From: Sphaerochaetaceae bacterium
Lineage (GTDB): Bacteria > Spirochaetota > Spirochaetia > Sphaerochaetales > Sphaerochaetaceae
Direction of reading: 5' to 3'
Assembly (NCBI GenBank): GCA_023231265.1
Contig: JALNVT010000001.1
Location: 1-41,579, forward strand
Length of the DNA stretch: 41,579 nt
A program made the position numbers and the translations under genes. Shown here piece by piece: positions 28,593 through 38,031 of the stretch. The notes below the pieces were generated by a model. The model saw only the letters and a list, made by a program, of their open reading frames with translations, was not told the DNA's origin and searched no databases. Within the stretch, counting starts at the first letter, position 1, and each line of letters opens with the position of its first letter.

Positions 28593-28634
28593 GCAACCTC
28601 TCATAAAATGCATCAAGTATTTATAAGAGGTTGC
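28593..28634. terminator. Hairpin between convergent kinase (+) and XPB-partner (-) genes, probable terminator
   Basis: Perfect 9-bp stem GCAACCTCT / AGAGGTTGC with a long (24-nt) loop. There is a T-rich tract on the minus-strand side only (tctattttattg). Confidence 0.45.
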
Positions 28635-28665
28635 CTAGTTGATAATTATATTGTATCTAAATATT

Positions 28666-30702
28666 TTAGTCTGTTATGTAGTTTGTGATCTTTACAAAGA
28701 ATATTTTATTTATTGGAAGATCAACAGGCTCCAAGGTTGGAAGACGTCTTGCTTCAACATTGTATTCATTGTTACCTAGGGTCTTAACCTTATCAACAAC
28801 CATCAAGAACTCATGCTTCATGTAGCCAATTTTTACGATGGTTCCAGCTGCCTTTGATGCCATCTTGAATACATTGACCTTTCTTCTGTAATCAAAGCCA
28901 CTGGCACTTATATTTGTGTCGAGAATCTGTGGTGCAGCAAGTTGAGATTTGTTAATTATCATGCATAGAGATAATCTAGATTTTAAATCATCTTTCTCTT
29001 CTTTTCTGCAGTCCAACAGCTCGATAGCAATCTTCATCTTCTTTGAAGAGAAGGTCTTTTGAGCCAAAGGATTTGTGAAAACAGCCATATCAATGTTCTC
29101 GTTCAAACTGAGTTGTGAGATCTTATGAATCAGTCCAAGTTGTTCAGGTTTTAAATGATAGCCCTTGCCAACTCTCCATTGCTCATTGGTAAAGAAAGTA
29201 TCACTTTGAATGATATCGCCTTTTCTACGTGGAACAAGAAGACCTGCTGTCTCAATGATACGAGTCCAATCACTTTCAGTATCACGACGCATCAAAAATA
29301 TATTGTCACTCAATTTTGAGATGATGTGGACCTGAAGGTCAGGATGAGAGCTGAGTATTGTTGCAACTCTTTCATTTCCCTTGATCACAATACCATCATA
29401 AATTGAAATCTGGCTGTACTGTCTCTCCACTAAATCAAGGTACTTCAAGGCAGGACAGTTGACGCCACTGAAACTGTTCTTGATGACATAGTTATATACA
29501 TCATCTTTTTTGAGAAGGCTATCAAGAGCATCTCGAAAATCTTCTTTTGTAAGTTGATATATTGTTTGAGTATCAAGACTTGATAACTGAGTGAATCTCC
29601 AAAGAATATCACCCTTAGCTCTACCTCCTAGATATCTTACAGAAAGATCGGTGTCAAAAACTAGAGTCTCTGATATATCTTTTTTTGTCTGAATATCACT
29701 TATAAAGTAACCATGCTTTGTTTTATTGAATATCTTCAAATCAATTAAATTCTGTATGAATGAATCATCAACTGCAACGCTATATTTGATAGAAAGAGCC
29801 TCTATCAAAAGTACAAAAGATGTTTTTGAGAAGCATTTGATTGTAAGAGAATATCTCAACAGTTCGGCAGCAAATTTAAATGTTGAATTTTCTGTTTCGA
29901 AAATTGGAGAAATGGAGTTGGCTATCAGCAATATTGATAACTCAAAATCAGATAGATCAATCAAGTTTTGAAGTAATTCATATTCAACACTATCAAAAGG
30001 TGTGAAGATGTTTAAATCAAGAAGCATCTTATCAATTATATCTGAAATAGCTATGATATCATCTGCTTCATATGTTGGAAACAGAGGAGGTAGCATGTTC
30101 TTTTTTTGATTCAATGTTAAAGTTTGATTGATCTTCATTATACTGAAATAGCCTCTAAGTAATTCAGAGGATATATAGTTTCTATTCTCAAAATAATCTT
30201 TATCTTTCAGTCCAACTTCAATAAATGGTAGAAGAGATGCTCTATTTAAGAGCTTCTCTCCAAATATTGGATTCAAAAAAAATCCTCCATTTCTTGATAG
30301 TATTATCATCCTTTTTGCAAGAGATGATATGTGGTCAATTATTTCTACATAATCAAATTCTTCAATATTTGGATTGTTGTTGAAATATGTGTAGAAAGTG
30401 AAGTTGTTATCTTCAGTATTTGTTGCTTTTTCAAAAGGTCTCAATAGTTTAAGAATATCAGATGATTTGGCACCACCTGTGATATGGAACAACGCAATTA
30501 GGAGACTGTCTATTTCATCAATAGTGCTCAACATTGTATTTGAATTTTCTTCATTTAAGAAAAAAGACACAAGCTGTTCACTGACTTCAATTTGATTATA
30601 AGGAGTTGTTACCAGTGGAAGGAAATTCCTTGCAAAATAGTAAAACTTCTCATTGTCTAAATCTTCAAGCCACTTCTTAAAAAAAATTGTTTCTTTATTC
30701 AT
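28666..30702 (-). CDS. XPB-associated large protein, Helicase_C_3 / TFIIH-p52(Tfb2)-like central region, function unknown
   Basis: 678 aa, 93 nt downstream of the XPB gene on the same strand, with no NTPase or nuclease motif recognisable. The central segment (TLVFDTDLSVRYLGG...IYQLTKEDFRDALDSLL..DDVYNYV...CPALKYLDLVERQYSQISIYDG) parallels the conserved element order I recall for Helicase_C_3/p52. Confidence 0.5.
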   Translation of the reverse strand: MNKETIFFKKWLEDLDNEKFYYFARNFLPLVTTPYNQIEVSEQLVSFFLNEENSNTMLSTIDEIDSLLIALFHITGGAKSSDILKLLRPFEKATNTEDNNFTFYTYFNNNPNIEEFDYVEIIDHISSLAKRMIILSRNGGFFLNPIFGEKLLNRASLLPFIEVGLKDKDYFENRNYISSELLRGYFSIMKINQTLTLNQKKNMLPPLFPTYEADDIIAISDIIDKMLLDLNIFTPFDSVEYELLQNLIDLSDFELSILLIANSISPIFETENSTFKFAAELLRYSLTIKCFSKTSFVLLIEALSIKYSVAVDDSFIQNLIDLKIFNKTKHGYFISDIQTKKDISETLVFDTDLSVRYLGGRAKGDILWRFTQLSSLDTQTIYQLTKEDFRDALDSLLKKDDVYNYVIKNSFSGVNCPALKYLDLVERQYSQISIYDGIVIKGNERVATILSSHPDLQVHIISKLSDNIFLMRRDTESDWTRIIETAGLLVPRRKGDIIQSDTFFTNEQWRVGKGYHLKPEQLGLIHKISQLSLNENIDMAVFTNPLAQKTFSSKKMKIAIELLDCRKEEKDDLKSRLSLCMIINKSQLAAPQILDTNISASGFDYRRKVNVFKMASKAAGTIVKIGYMKHEFLMVVDKVKTLGNNEYNVEARRLPTLEPVDLPINKIFFVKITNYITD

Positions 30703-30795
30703 AAAAATTATTAACCAAATATTTTTGGTCAGTTCTCCTTGTAATTACTATCAATTGTTGAGAATTGATTATTTGAACTATTGTTAATTATATAC

Positions 30796-32718
30796 CTATT
30801 TGTCATAAACTTCTACAGAGTAACGATAACCTTGTTCAGCAAGGAATTTCTGTCTATTCAATGCAAATTCTTCCTCAGATGAATTTTGAGTCACCAGAGA
30901 GTAGAAATTACTGTTTATGTCTTTAGGACGTAAAATTCTTCCAAGTCTCTGAGCTTCTTCTGATCTAGAACCAAATGTACCAGATAACTGTATGGCTACT
31001 GATGCATCAGGAAGGTCGATTGCAAAGTTAGCTACTTTCGATACAACAAGAACCTTCAACTCACCAGTTCTGAACTTTGTATAAAGCTCATCTCTTTTTT
31101 TGTTGGATGTTGCTCCTGTTATGATTGGTGCATTTATCTCTTTAGCTACAGCTTTCAACTGAGATAGATATTGTCCAATTACAAGTATGAATTCACCCTC
31201 ATGTTTTTCGAGTAAGTGCTTAACAATTTCAAGCTTCCTAGGATTCTCGCTGGCTATTCTAAACTGCTCACGTTTGTTTGCTAGGGCATATGGAACCTCT
31301 TGGTCTAAAGGTAGAGGTACACGCATTTCATAGCAGAAAGCTTGTGCAATGAAGCCTGTTGTTTCCAATTCGCTCCATGGTACATCAAAACGTTTTGGAC
31401 CTACCAATGAGAAAACTTCATCTTCTTTTCCGTCTTCCCTTACAAGAGTTGCTGTAAGACCGACACGATACAATGATTGAAGTTCTGCTGTAACTTTGAA
31501 AACAGGAGCTGGTAACATATGTACTTCATCATAAATGATGAGTCCCCATTCACCTTTTGTTAATAACTCAAAATGAGGGAAGGGACCAACTTTATCAGGT
31601 CTCCAAGTCAAAACTTGGTATGTACATACTGTAACACGTTTTGCATTTTTATTCTCGCCGGTGTATTCACCGATCTCATCTTTGGTCAAAGTTGTTTTAT
31701 CAAGGAGTTCATTTATCCATTGGTGAACTGCTGCTACGTTAGTTGTAACAACTAGAGTTCTTGTTGAAAGACGTCTCAGTATTTCCATACCAATGACAGT
31801 CTTACCTGAACCACAAGGAAGAACAACAGTTCCATAACCAGAACCAGGTCCACCTTGACCAATCAATGCATCAGCTGCTTTCTTTTGATATTCTCTGATT
31901 GCAAATTCTTTACCATCTGAAGTTGTTTTGCTGAAATCAACATCAATAGGTATCCCTGTTTTCAAAGGGATTCTATCATCTACAGGATATCCAAGATTTA
32001 TCAATCTTACTTTGACCTCTCCTCTAGAGAGCTTTCTCAGTGCAAAACTTTGGTTTCCCGCTTTAAATAATATGTCGTCAAAAGTTCTGTTTGCTTCAAT
32101 GATTCTATAAATAAGACTATCAGTTATTTTGAGAAGATAGGTCTCTTCAAAAGGAGACAGAACTCCTTCTTTTTTATTATCTTCTTCGATGAGTGATCCA
32201 ACAGGGTTGGACAGTTCTTTGAGAAGAACTTCTTCCTCTTCTGTGAGTTTCTTTCCTTCTATCTTTTTCTTATTTAATTCTTTTTTACGTTTTGAATTTT
32301 CAGTTTTCTGCTTAAGATATTTATTCAGTCGCTCGTCAATTTCTTCATTTGTTAGAGGCTTCTCAACTTTCTTTTCAGGAGTCTCCTGTCTTCTTTTTAG
32401 AGCTTCCTCTCTATCATCTTCCATCAGAATCAATTTACCAAATCTGGATGAAATATCTTCAATGAAGAAATTGATTGATTCTGCAATGGGGAATCTTGAC
32501 CATTTTGTCAATGTTGCAATTATTTTCTTGCTATCAATTCCACAGGAAGCGGCATTCCATAAAGAAATCGGTGTTATTGCATATGTATGTATGTGTTCGG
32601 GACTTTTAATAAGGTCGCAGAAAGTAGAAATTTCATTTCTGCATTCGTCAAATTGCTCATGGTGTACATCTAAAAGTAATGTTTTATCACTTTGTACAAT
32701 TAAGGGAGTGTCGTTCAA
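30796..32718 (-). CDS. xpb: XPB/ERCC3/Rad25-family SF2 DNA helicase/translocase
   Basis: XPB-type N-terminal domain (PLIVQSDKTLLLDV...PEHIHTYAITPISLWNA), Walker A LPCGSGKT, motif II IYDEVHML, TATLVREDG (RED motif characteristic of XPB), and helicase C-domain motifs (VSKVANFAIDLPDA, GSRSEEAQRLGRILR). TTG start immediately follows the aroC stop, with GGAGG 8 nt upstream. Confidence 0.9.
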   Translation of the reverse strand: MNDTPLIVQSDKTLLLDVHHEQFDECRNEISTFCDLIKSPEHIHTYAITPISLWNAASCGIDSKKIIATLTKWSRFPIAESINFFIEDISSRFGKLILMEDDREEALKRRQETPEKKVEKPLTNEEIDERLNKYLKQKTENSKRKKELNKKKIEGKKLTEEEEVLLKELSNPVGSLIEEDNKKEGVLSPFEETYLLKITDSLIYRIIEANRTFDDILFKAGNQSFALRKLSRGEVKVRLINLGYPVDDRIPLKTGIPIDVDFSKTTSDGKEFAIREYQKKAADALIGQGGPGSGYGTVVLPCGSGKTVIGMEILRRLSTRTLVVTTNVAAVHQWINELLDKTTLTKDEIGEYTGENKNAKRVTVCTYQVLTWRPDKVGPFPHFELLTKGEWGLIIYDEVHMLPAPVFKVTAELQSLYRVGLTATLVREDGKEDEVFSLVGPKRFDVPWSELETTGFIAQAFCYEMRVPLPLDQEVPYALANKREQFRIASENPRKLEIVKHLLEKHEGEFILVIGQYLSQLKAVAKEINAPIITGATSNKKRDELYTKFRTGELKVLVVSKVANFAIDLPDASVAIQLSGTFGSRSEEAQRLGRILRPKDINSNFYSLVTQNSSEEEFALNRQKFLAEQGYRYSVEVYDK

Positions 32719-33780
32719 TTAATTAGCCTCCAAGGATAATTGTGAATATAAATCTAATATAACTATGGCACTCATTGCTTCTACAACAACAACTGCGCGT
32801 GGACAGATGCAAGGGTCATGACGACCTTCGATTACAACTGTCGTATCTTGGTTTTCTTTGTTTACAGTTCTCTGTGGTAGTGAGATAGATGGTGTTGGTT
32901 TGAAAGCTACTCTGAATACAAGGTCCTGTCCTGTACTGATTCCTCCCAATGTTCCACCACAGTGATTTGTCAAAAATCCCTCACTGTTTCGTTGATCATT
33001 GTTTTGAGAACCATGCATAGTAGCTGCATTGAAGCCCTCTCCAATTTCAAAACCCTTGGTAGCTCCGATGCTCATTATTGCATGAGCAAGTACTGCTTCG
33101 ATTTTATCAAAAACAGGATCTCCAAGTCCAACAGGAAGTCCGGTAATTCTGCATTCAATTATACCGCCAACGCTATCGCCTCTATCTCTCAAGTCATTTA
33201 TCAATGCTGCCATTGATTCTGCTTTCTTCTTGTTAGGACAGTATAGCTCATTGGATGTTCTTTCTTCCCATTTTATCTCATCTTTATCTAATTTGATATT
33301 TCCAATCTGTGTTATAGCAGCTTCAATTTTTATGCCTGCTTCTTTGAGATAGAGCTTTGAAACAGCACCTGCTGCAACTCTAGCTGAAGTCTCTCTACCA
33401 CTGGATCTTCCACCACCACGAGGGTCTCTTATACCATACTTCTTGAAGTAAGTATAATCTGCATGACCGGGTCTAAATACATCTTCAATATTTGAATAAT
33501 CTGCTGATATTTGATTGGTGTTTTCAATTATCATGGTCAGAGGAGTTCCTGTTATTTTACCTTGATAAATACCTGATAAAACCTTTATGGTATCAGATTC
33601 TTTTCGAGGTGTTCCAAGGGAATTGCCTCCAGGTCTTCTTCTGTCCATCTCACTTTGAACAAATTCCAAATCAAGAGGGAAATTGGGTTTCAAACCATCA
33701 ATTACAACTCCTACTGCCTGTCCATGTGATTCTCCGAATGTGGTGATGCTTATATTTTTTCCAAAACTGTTGTGTGCCAT
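32719..33780 (-). CDS. aroC: Chorismate synthase
   Basis: [20 protein letters not shown] aligns residue-for-residue with the E. coli AroC N-terminus as I recall it ([20 protein letters not shown]), so I prefer ATG 33780 over the track start 33792. [19 protein letters not shown] and GRHDPC motifs are also present. Confidence 0.92.
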   Translation of the reverse strand: [353 protein letters not shown]

Positions 33781-33782
33781 TT

Positions 33783-34301
33783 TTATTTCCATTTACCTAT
33801 TTCTGCTCTAATAATTTGAGCAGTCTCTGAGATAGAAGCATCTTGTACTTCTATTACTATATCTGAATATTTTAGATATTTTTCTTCTCTATCTATGAAG
33901 AGTTCATGAAATTTCTTTCTAGGAGAGCCCTCAAGAAATGGTGGAATACCATGTGCAATAATTCTTTTATACAGAGTCTCTTCATTAACTCTTATGAATA
34001 TAATGATTCCGTTATTTTTTAGAAGTTTCATGGTATCATCATTGTCGCAGACGCCACCACCGAGAGATAAGACTTTATCTTCTTTGTTCTCTGTTAAAAA
34101 ATTATTTATAGCTGAGTATTCTTTTGATAAAAAAGCAAGCTTTCCAAACTCTCGATAGTATTCTCTTATGGTATAACCATTTATCATTTCTAATATTAAA
34201 TCATCTGCGTCGTATGCAGGAATATCAATAGTATTCGCATATATCTTTGCATGTGTTGTTTTTCCTGAATGTTTTATTCCACAAAAAAAATAGTTCTTCA
34301 T
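33783..34301 (-). CDS. aroK: Shikimate kinase
   Basis: P-loop GIKHSGKTT, small size (172 aa), LSLGGG motif, and position immediately upstream of aroC (2-nt gap). Confidence 0.8.
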   Translation of the reverse strand: MKNYFFCGIKHSGKTTHAKIYANTIDIPAYDADDLILEMINGYTIREYYREFGKLAFLSKEYSAINNFLTENKEDKVLSLGGGVCDNDDTMKLLKNNGIIIFIRVNEETLYKRIIAHGIPPFLEGSPRKKFHELFIDREEKYLKYSDIVIEVQDASISETAQIIRAEIGKWK

Positions 34302-34310
34302 ACCAAATCC

Positions 34311-34811
34311 TTAAGTCTTATCAAAGCTATCAATCCATTCTTTTGAATATTGGGTCACACTGGGTGATTTAGCTCCATAAAGTTTATGTAACTCACGGCT
34401 CTTCTTTCTGTTTTTGAATTCTCTTTTTTCAATTTTTTCAGTATATAGAGCACCGTAATAGTTTTTTTTCATCATCTGTTTTCGTTTTTCAACAGGCTTT
34501 TTATTCTTGCCAATGCCATAATGCATTGTTAGTACCATAAATAACCACAATAAAGAAATAATTAAAAAAATGTAATAACCCGCATTGGTTGTAAAGTAAA
34601 TTGGCAGATCTTCTAATATTTTATTATCAAATGGTAGCTGTCCGCCATTGTTGTCTATAATTATTGATCCTTGAAGAGATACAAAGAATATGTTTAGCAG
34701 CAACGGGACAATCCAATATCCTCCTTCTTTTGAAAAAAGAAAGTGAATTATAATAAAGAGTGATATTAAATATGATATCAGTACAAGTGTTTGCAATAGA
34801 AAACTATTCAT
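34311..34811 (-). CDS. Small membrane protein with basic C-terminal tail, hypothetical
   Basis: Three hydrophobic segments followed by a K/R-rich tail. It is the first gene of the apparent aroK-aroC-xpb string (9-nt gap to aroK, AAGGA SD). No family recognised. Confidence 0.55.
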   Translation of the reverse strand: MNSFLLQTLVLISYLISLFIIIHFLFSKEGGYWIVPLLLNIFFVSLQGSIIIDNNGGQLPFDNKILEDLPIYFTTNAGYYIFLIISLLWLFMVLTMHYGIGKNKKPVEKRKQMMKKNYYGALYTEKIEKREFKNRKKSRELHKLYGAKSPSVTQYSKEWIDSFDKT

Positions 34812-34867
34812 ATACGAACTCCTTAGTGGAAATTTTGATTATTAAATGATATCATAATTTACGGGGT

Positions 34868-36034
34868 ATGGGAATGATTAATAAGAACTTACTAAATGAA
34901 CTTTCAGATCAGCAACTTCAAAAAAGAGAGAAGAAGAGAGTACGAGATGTGAGAAGTCAATACTACAGGGATACCACAGCTATAATTCATTCTTCAGCTT
35001 TCAGAAGGTTGAAACATAAAACTCAGGTTTTTTATGCACCCAGCAATGATCACATATGCACCAGAATGGAGCACTGCCTTCATGTTGCATCAATTGCATC
35101 GACTGTAAGTCGAGGCCTATCTTTAAATGGAGAGCTTGCTTGGGCAATTGGAATGGGACATGATTTAGGACACACTCCATTTGGACATTTAGGAGAATCA
35201 ATAATAAGTGAGATGAGAGTCAATGCAGGATTTCCTCCATTTGAGCATGAAATACACTCTCTTCGTGTTGTAGATTTTCTCTCTCATAGAGGTGAGGGAA
35301 TGAATCTGACATATGCCGTCCGTGACGGCATTGTATGTCACTGTGGTGAGACAACAGAAAAAAACATACATCCAGATTTCAGAATCAAAAATCTAGAAGT
35401 CATTGGAAGTAAAAAAAACTTGATTCCCGCAACCTATGAAGCATGTGTGGTTAGATTCTGTGATTCCATTGCTTATCTTGGCAGAGATTTTGAAGATGCA
35501 TGTCGATTGAAATTGATAGATGAGGATGAACAACCTTCCGTTGCCAGAGAAGTTCTTGGCCCCAACAATGGTCAGATAATTGATACATTGGTAAATGATT
35601 TGATTGAAAATAGCAATGAAAAAAATGGAATAAGCTTCAGTGAAGAGAAATATTCAGCTATAAAGGTTATGAAGCAGTTCAATTACGATAAGATTTATCG
35701 CTCTCCTTTATTAGATGGATATAGAAAATATTTTACAAGGTTGTTAAATCTTATTGCAGATTACCTAAATTCATTATACAGTGAATTTGGTGCTGATGTA
35801 GAATTATATCAAAACGAAAAAAATATGCTTGCATCTGGATTTGCACAGCATGTAAGTGAGATGGAAAGTAAATATATAGAAAAGGAAGGCAATTCTGATC
35901 TGTTAATTTATGATTATATAGCTGGTATGAGTGATAATTTTGCCCTTGATTGTGCAAAAGAGATTCTCATACCTGAGCATTTAAATGAACATTTAGAATC
36001 TTCATTAACTGGTAAATGGTTTGATGCAAGATAA
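34868..36034 (+). CDS. dGTPase-like HD-domain triphosphohydrolase
   Basis: RDVRSQYYRDTTAIIHSSAFRRLKHKTQVF, TRMEHCLHVASIA and GHDLGHTPFGHLGE match the Dgt/HD family. An alternative start at ATG 34874 has better spacing from the GGGG SD. Confidence 0.85.
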   Translation: MGMINKNLLNELSDQQLQKREKKRVRDVRSQYYRDTTAIIHSSAFRRLKHKTQVFYAPSNDHICTRMEHCLHVASIASTVSRGLSLNGELAWAIGMGHDLGHTPFGHLGESIISEMRVNAGFPPFEHEIHSLRVVDFLSHRGEGMNLTYAVRDGIVCHCGETTEKNIHPDFRIKNLEVIGSKKNLIPATYEACVVRFCDSIAYLGRDFEDACRLKLIDEDEQPSVAREVLGPNNGQIIDTLVNDLIENSNEKNGISFSEEKYSAIKVMKQFNYDKIYRSPLLDGYRKYFTRLLNLIADYLNSLYSEFGADVELYQNEKNMLASGFAQHVSEMESKYIEKEGNSDLLIYDYIAGMSDNFALDCAKEILIPEHLNEHLESSLTGKWFDAR

Positions 36035-36065
36035 AATGAAAAAATAAAATACAGGAGATTATAAT

Positions 36066-37400
36066 ATGGGCGCATTTAAAGCTTATGATATTCGTGGCGT
36101 ATTTGGAAAGGACATTGATGAAGATTTGGCTTACAAAGTTGGATTCTTTCTACCAAAATTATTGAAAACAAATGAAGTGTTGGTCGGTAGAGATATCAGA
36201 CTGAGCAGTGATAGTTTATATGAAGCATTGACACAAGGTGTTATGGATTCTGGTAACTATGTTATTTCAATTGGTAGATCAACAACTCCAATGGTATATT
36301 TCTCAACTGTTTATTACCACTGCAAAGCAAGTGTTCAAATTACAGCTTCTCATAACCCAAAAGAATACAACGGACTGAAGATCAGTAGAGAATTTGCTAT
36401 TCCAGTTGGTGGTGAGACCGGTCTTAAAGAACTGGAGCAGATGGTCAATAATGAACCAGTTGTTAAAGTTCCAAGTGATAAAAGAGGAACTGTTAAAGTA
36501 GTAGATGCTAAAAAAGCTTATCTAGAGTTCTTAAGAAAATATCAACCAGATTTTTCAAATCTAAAACTAGCTATAGATTGCAGCAATGGTGTTGCTCCTC
36601 TTATCGTAAAAGACCTATTGGGACCAAATCATATCTACTTAAACTTTGATATGGATGGATCATTCCCAAATCATGAACCAAATCCTTTAGATCCTACAAC
36701 ATGTGAACAGCTTCAAAAAACAGTTGTTGAAAACAAATGTGATCTAGGTATTATCTATGATGGTGATGCAGATAGAGTTATGTTCATTGATGAAAAGGGT
36801 ACATATATCAATGCTGACCATGCAATGGCTCTATTAGGTGAAAAGATGATTGACATGCCAGGAGAGAAGATTGCAGTATGTGATATCAGAACTAGCAAAT
36901 CAACAACAGATTACCTAGCAAAATTAGGCTTTGAAATTGATCTTTGGAAAGTTGGACATGTTAATGCTAAAGCAAAACTAAGAGAGACTGGTGCTGTCTT
37001 TGGTGGAGAACTTGCAGGTCATTACTATTTCAAGGAGTTCAACAATTGTGATAGTGCAATGTTTGCAACATTGATGATGCTTTCTGTAGTATCTAATCAT
37101 AAGAGAGAAGGCAAGAGCTTCAGTGAAGTGATGAAATCAATAATTCATTATGAATCTAGTGGTGAGATCAACTTCAAGATCAATGATAAAGATAAAGTTA
37201 TGGAAACATTAAAAGATGTCTATGCTAAAGACTGTGAGAAGCTTTATGACTTTGATGGTTATAGAATTGAATATCCAACATGGTGGTTCAATATCAGAAA
37301 GAGCAATACAGAACCTTATCTAAGACTCGTAGCTGAAGCTGCAACTAAAGAAGAATTGGCTGAAAAACTTGAAGAGTTAAAACAGTACATTCATGATTAA
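36066..37400 (+). CDS. Phosphomannomutase/phosphoglucomutase (alpha-D-phosphohexomutase)
   Basis: Active-site Ser loop TASHNPKEYNGLK, Mg-binding YDGDADRVMF, sugar-binding GGELAGHYYF, and C-terminal RKSNTEPYLRL. SD AGGAG. Confidence 0.9.
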   Translation: MGAFKAYDIRGVFGKDIDEDLAYKVGFFLPKLLKTNEVLVGRDIRLSSDSLYEALTQGVMDSGNYVISIGRSTTPMVYFSTVYYHCKASVQITASHNPKEYNGLKISREFAIPVGGETGLKELEQMVNNEPVVKVPSDKRGTVKVVDAKKAYLEFLRKYQPDFSNLKLAIDCSNGVAPLIVKDLLGPNHIYLNFDMDGSFPNHEPNPLDPTTCEQLQKTVVENKCDLGIIYDGDADRVMFIDEKGTYINADHAMALLGEKMIDMPGEKIAVCDIRTSKSTTDYLAKLGFEIDLWKVGHVNAKAKLRETGAVFGGELAGHYYFKEFNNCDSAMFATLMMLSVVSNHKREGKSFSEVMKSIIHYESSGEINFKINDKDKVMETLKDVYAKDCEKLYDFDGYRIEYPTWWFNIRKSNTEPYLRLVAEAATKEELAEKLEELKQYIHD

Positions 37401-37452
37401 TCTTTGATATTGAATGCTGATGCGTATCATATGTATGCATCTTGATTGTAAT

Positions 37453-37498
37453 AAAAAAAGGGGATTTATTAGATTTTTACCTAATATATCTCCTTTTT
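37453..37498. terminator. Bidirectional terminator between the phosphohexomutase (+) and nrdR (-) genes
   Basis: A-run, AGGGGAT ... ATCTCCT stem (one G-U pair) with inner AT pairing, then TTTTT. It lies between convergent genes. Confidence 0.6.
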
Positions 37499-37557
37499 AC
37501 TTTGCACATATATGATAGACCATTAATTAAATCAAAACCAGTGGCGTTTATGTAAAT

Positions 37558-38031
37558 TTAATTGTCTGATTTCTCACGAAGGTTCAATCTTTCAATCTCT
37601 TGAATGAATTGGTCCAGATCCTCAAAAGCTCTGTATACAGAAGCAAATCGTACATAGGCTACAGTATTTATAGTGGATAGCTGTTTCAAAGCTTCCTCTC
37701 CAATGTCTGAAGATTTTATCTTTCTATCATGACCTGCCTGTTCAGCAACTGCATCTTCAATATCATCTAGAAGTTGATTCAATATTTCCTCAGATATATC
37801 CAATTTCTCAGTACAACTACGAATTCCTCTTTCAACTTTCTTTATATCAAATTGTTGGCTTCTACCATCTTTCTTTATTACTGTGATTGTCTTCTCTTCA
37901 ATTTTTTCATAACTAGTAAAACGGTATCCACATTCTAGACATTCTCGTCTACGCCTGATACTGGATCCTTGTGAATTTTGTCTTGATTCTAATACTTTAT
38001 CTTTTAAACTTCCACATTTTGGACATCTCAT
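37558..38031 (-). CDS. nrdR: Transcriptional repressor NrdR
   Basis: MRCPKCGS...RRRRECLECGYRFTSYE zinc ribbon plus ATP-cone (VIKKDGRSQQFD..K). Start set at ATG 38031. The 35 upstream codons of the track ORF are low-complexity AT-rich readthrough. Confidence 0.93.
   Translation of the reverse strand: MRCPKCGSLKDKVLESRQNSQGSSIRRRRECLECGYRFTSYEKIEEKTITVIKKDGRSQQFDIKKVERGIRSCTEKLDISEEILNQLLDDIEDAVAEQAGHDRKIKSSDIGEEALKQLSTINTVAYVRFASVYRAFEDLDQFIQEIERLNLREKSDN

Noticed and set aside
2769-28616. Numerous 60-130-aa ORFs nested in or antisense to larger genes (e.g. 2769..3080, 19720..20040, 21092..21424, 25035..25421, 27164..27487, 28287..28616)
   Set aside because: All are embedded in longer ORFs with clear family motifs, have odd composition and lack ribosome-binding sites. 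They are treated as spurious.
32189-32722. 177-aa + strand ORF rich in Ser/Phe/Leu
   Set aside because: It is the antisense reading of the Lys/Glu-rich insertion and N-terminus of the XPB gene. AAG/GAA-rich coding DNA leaves the complementary frame open. It has no SD.
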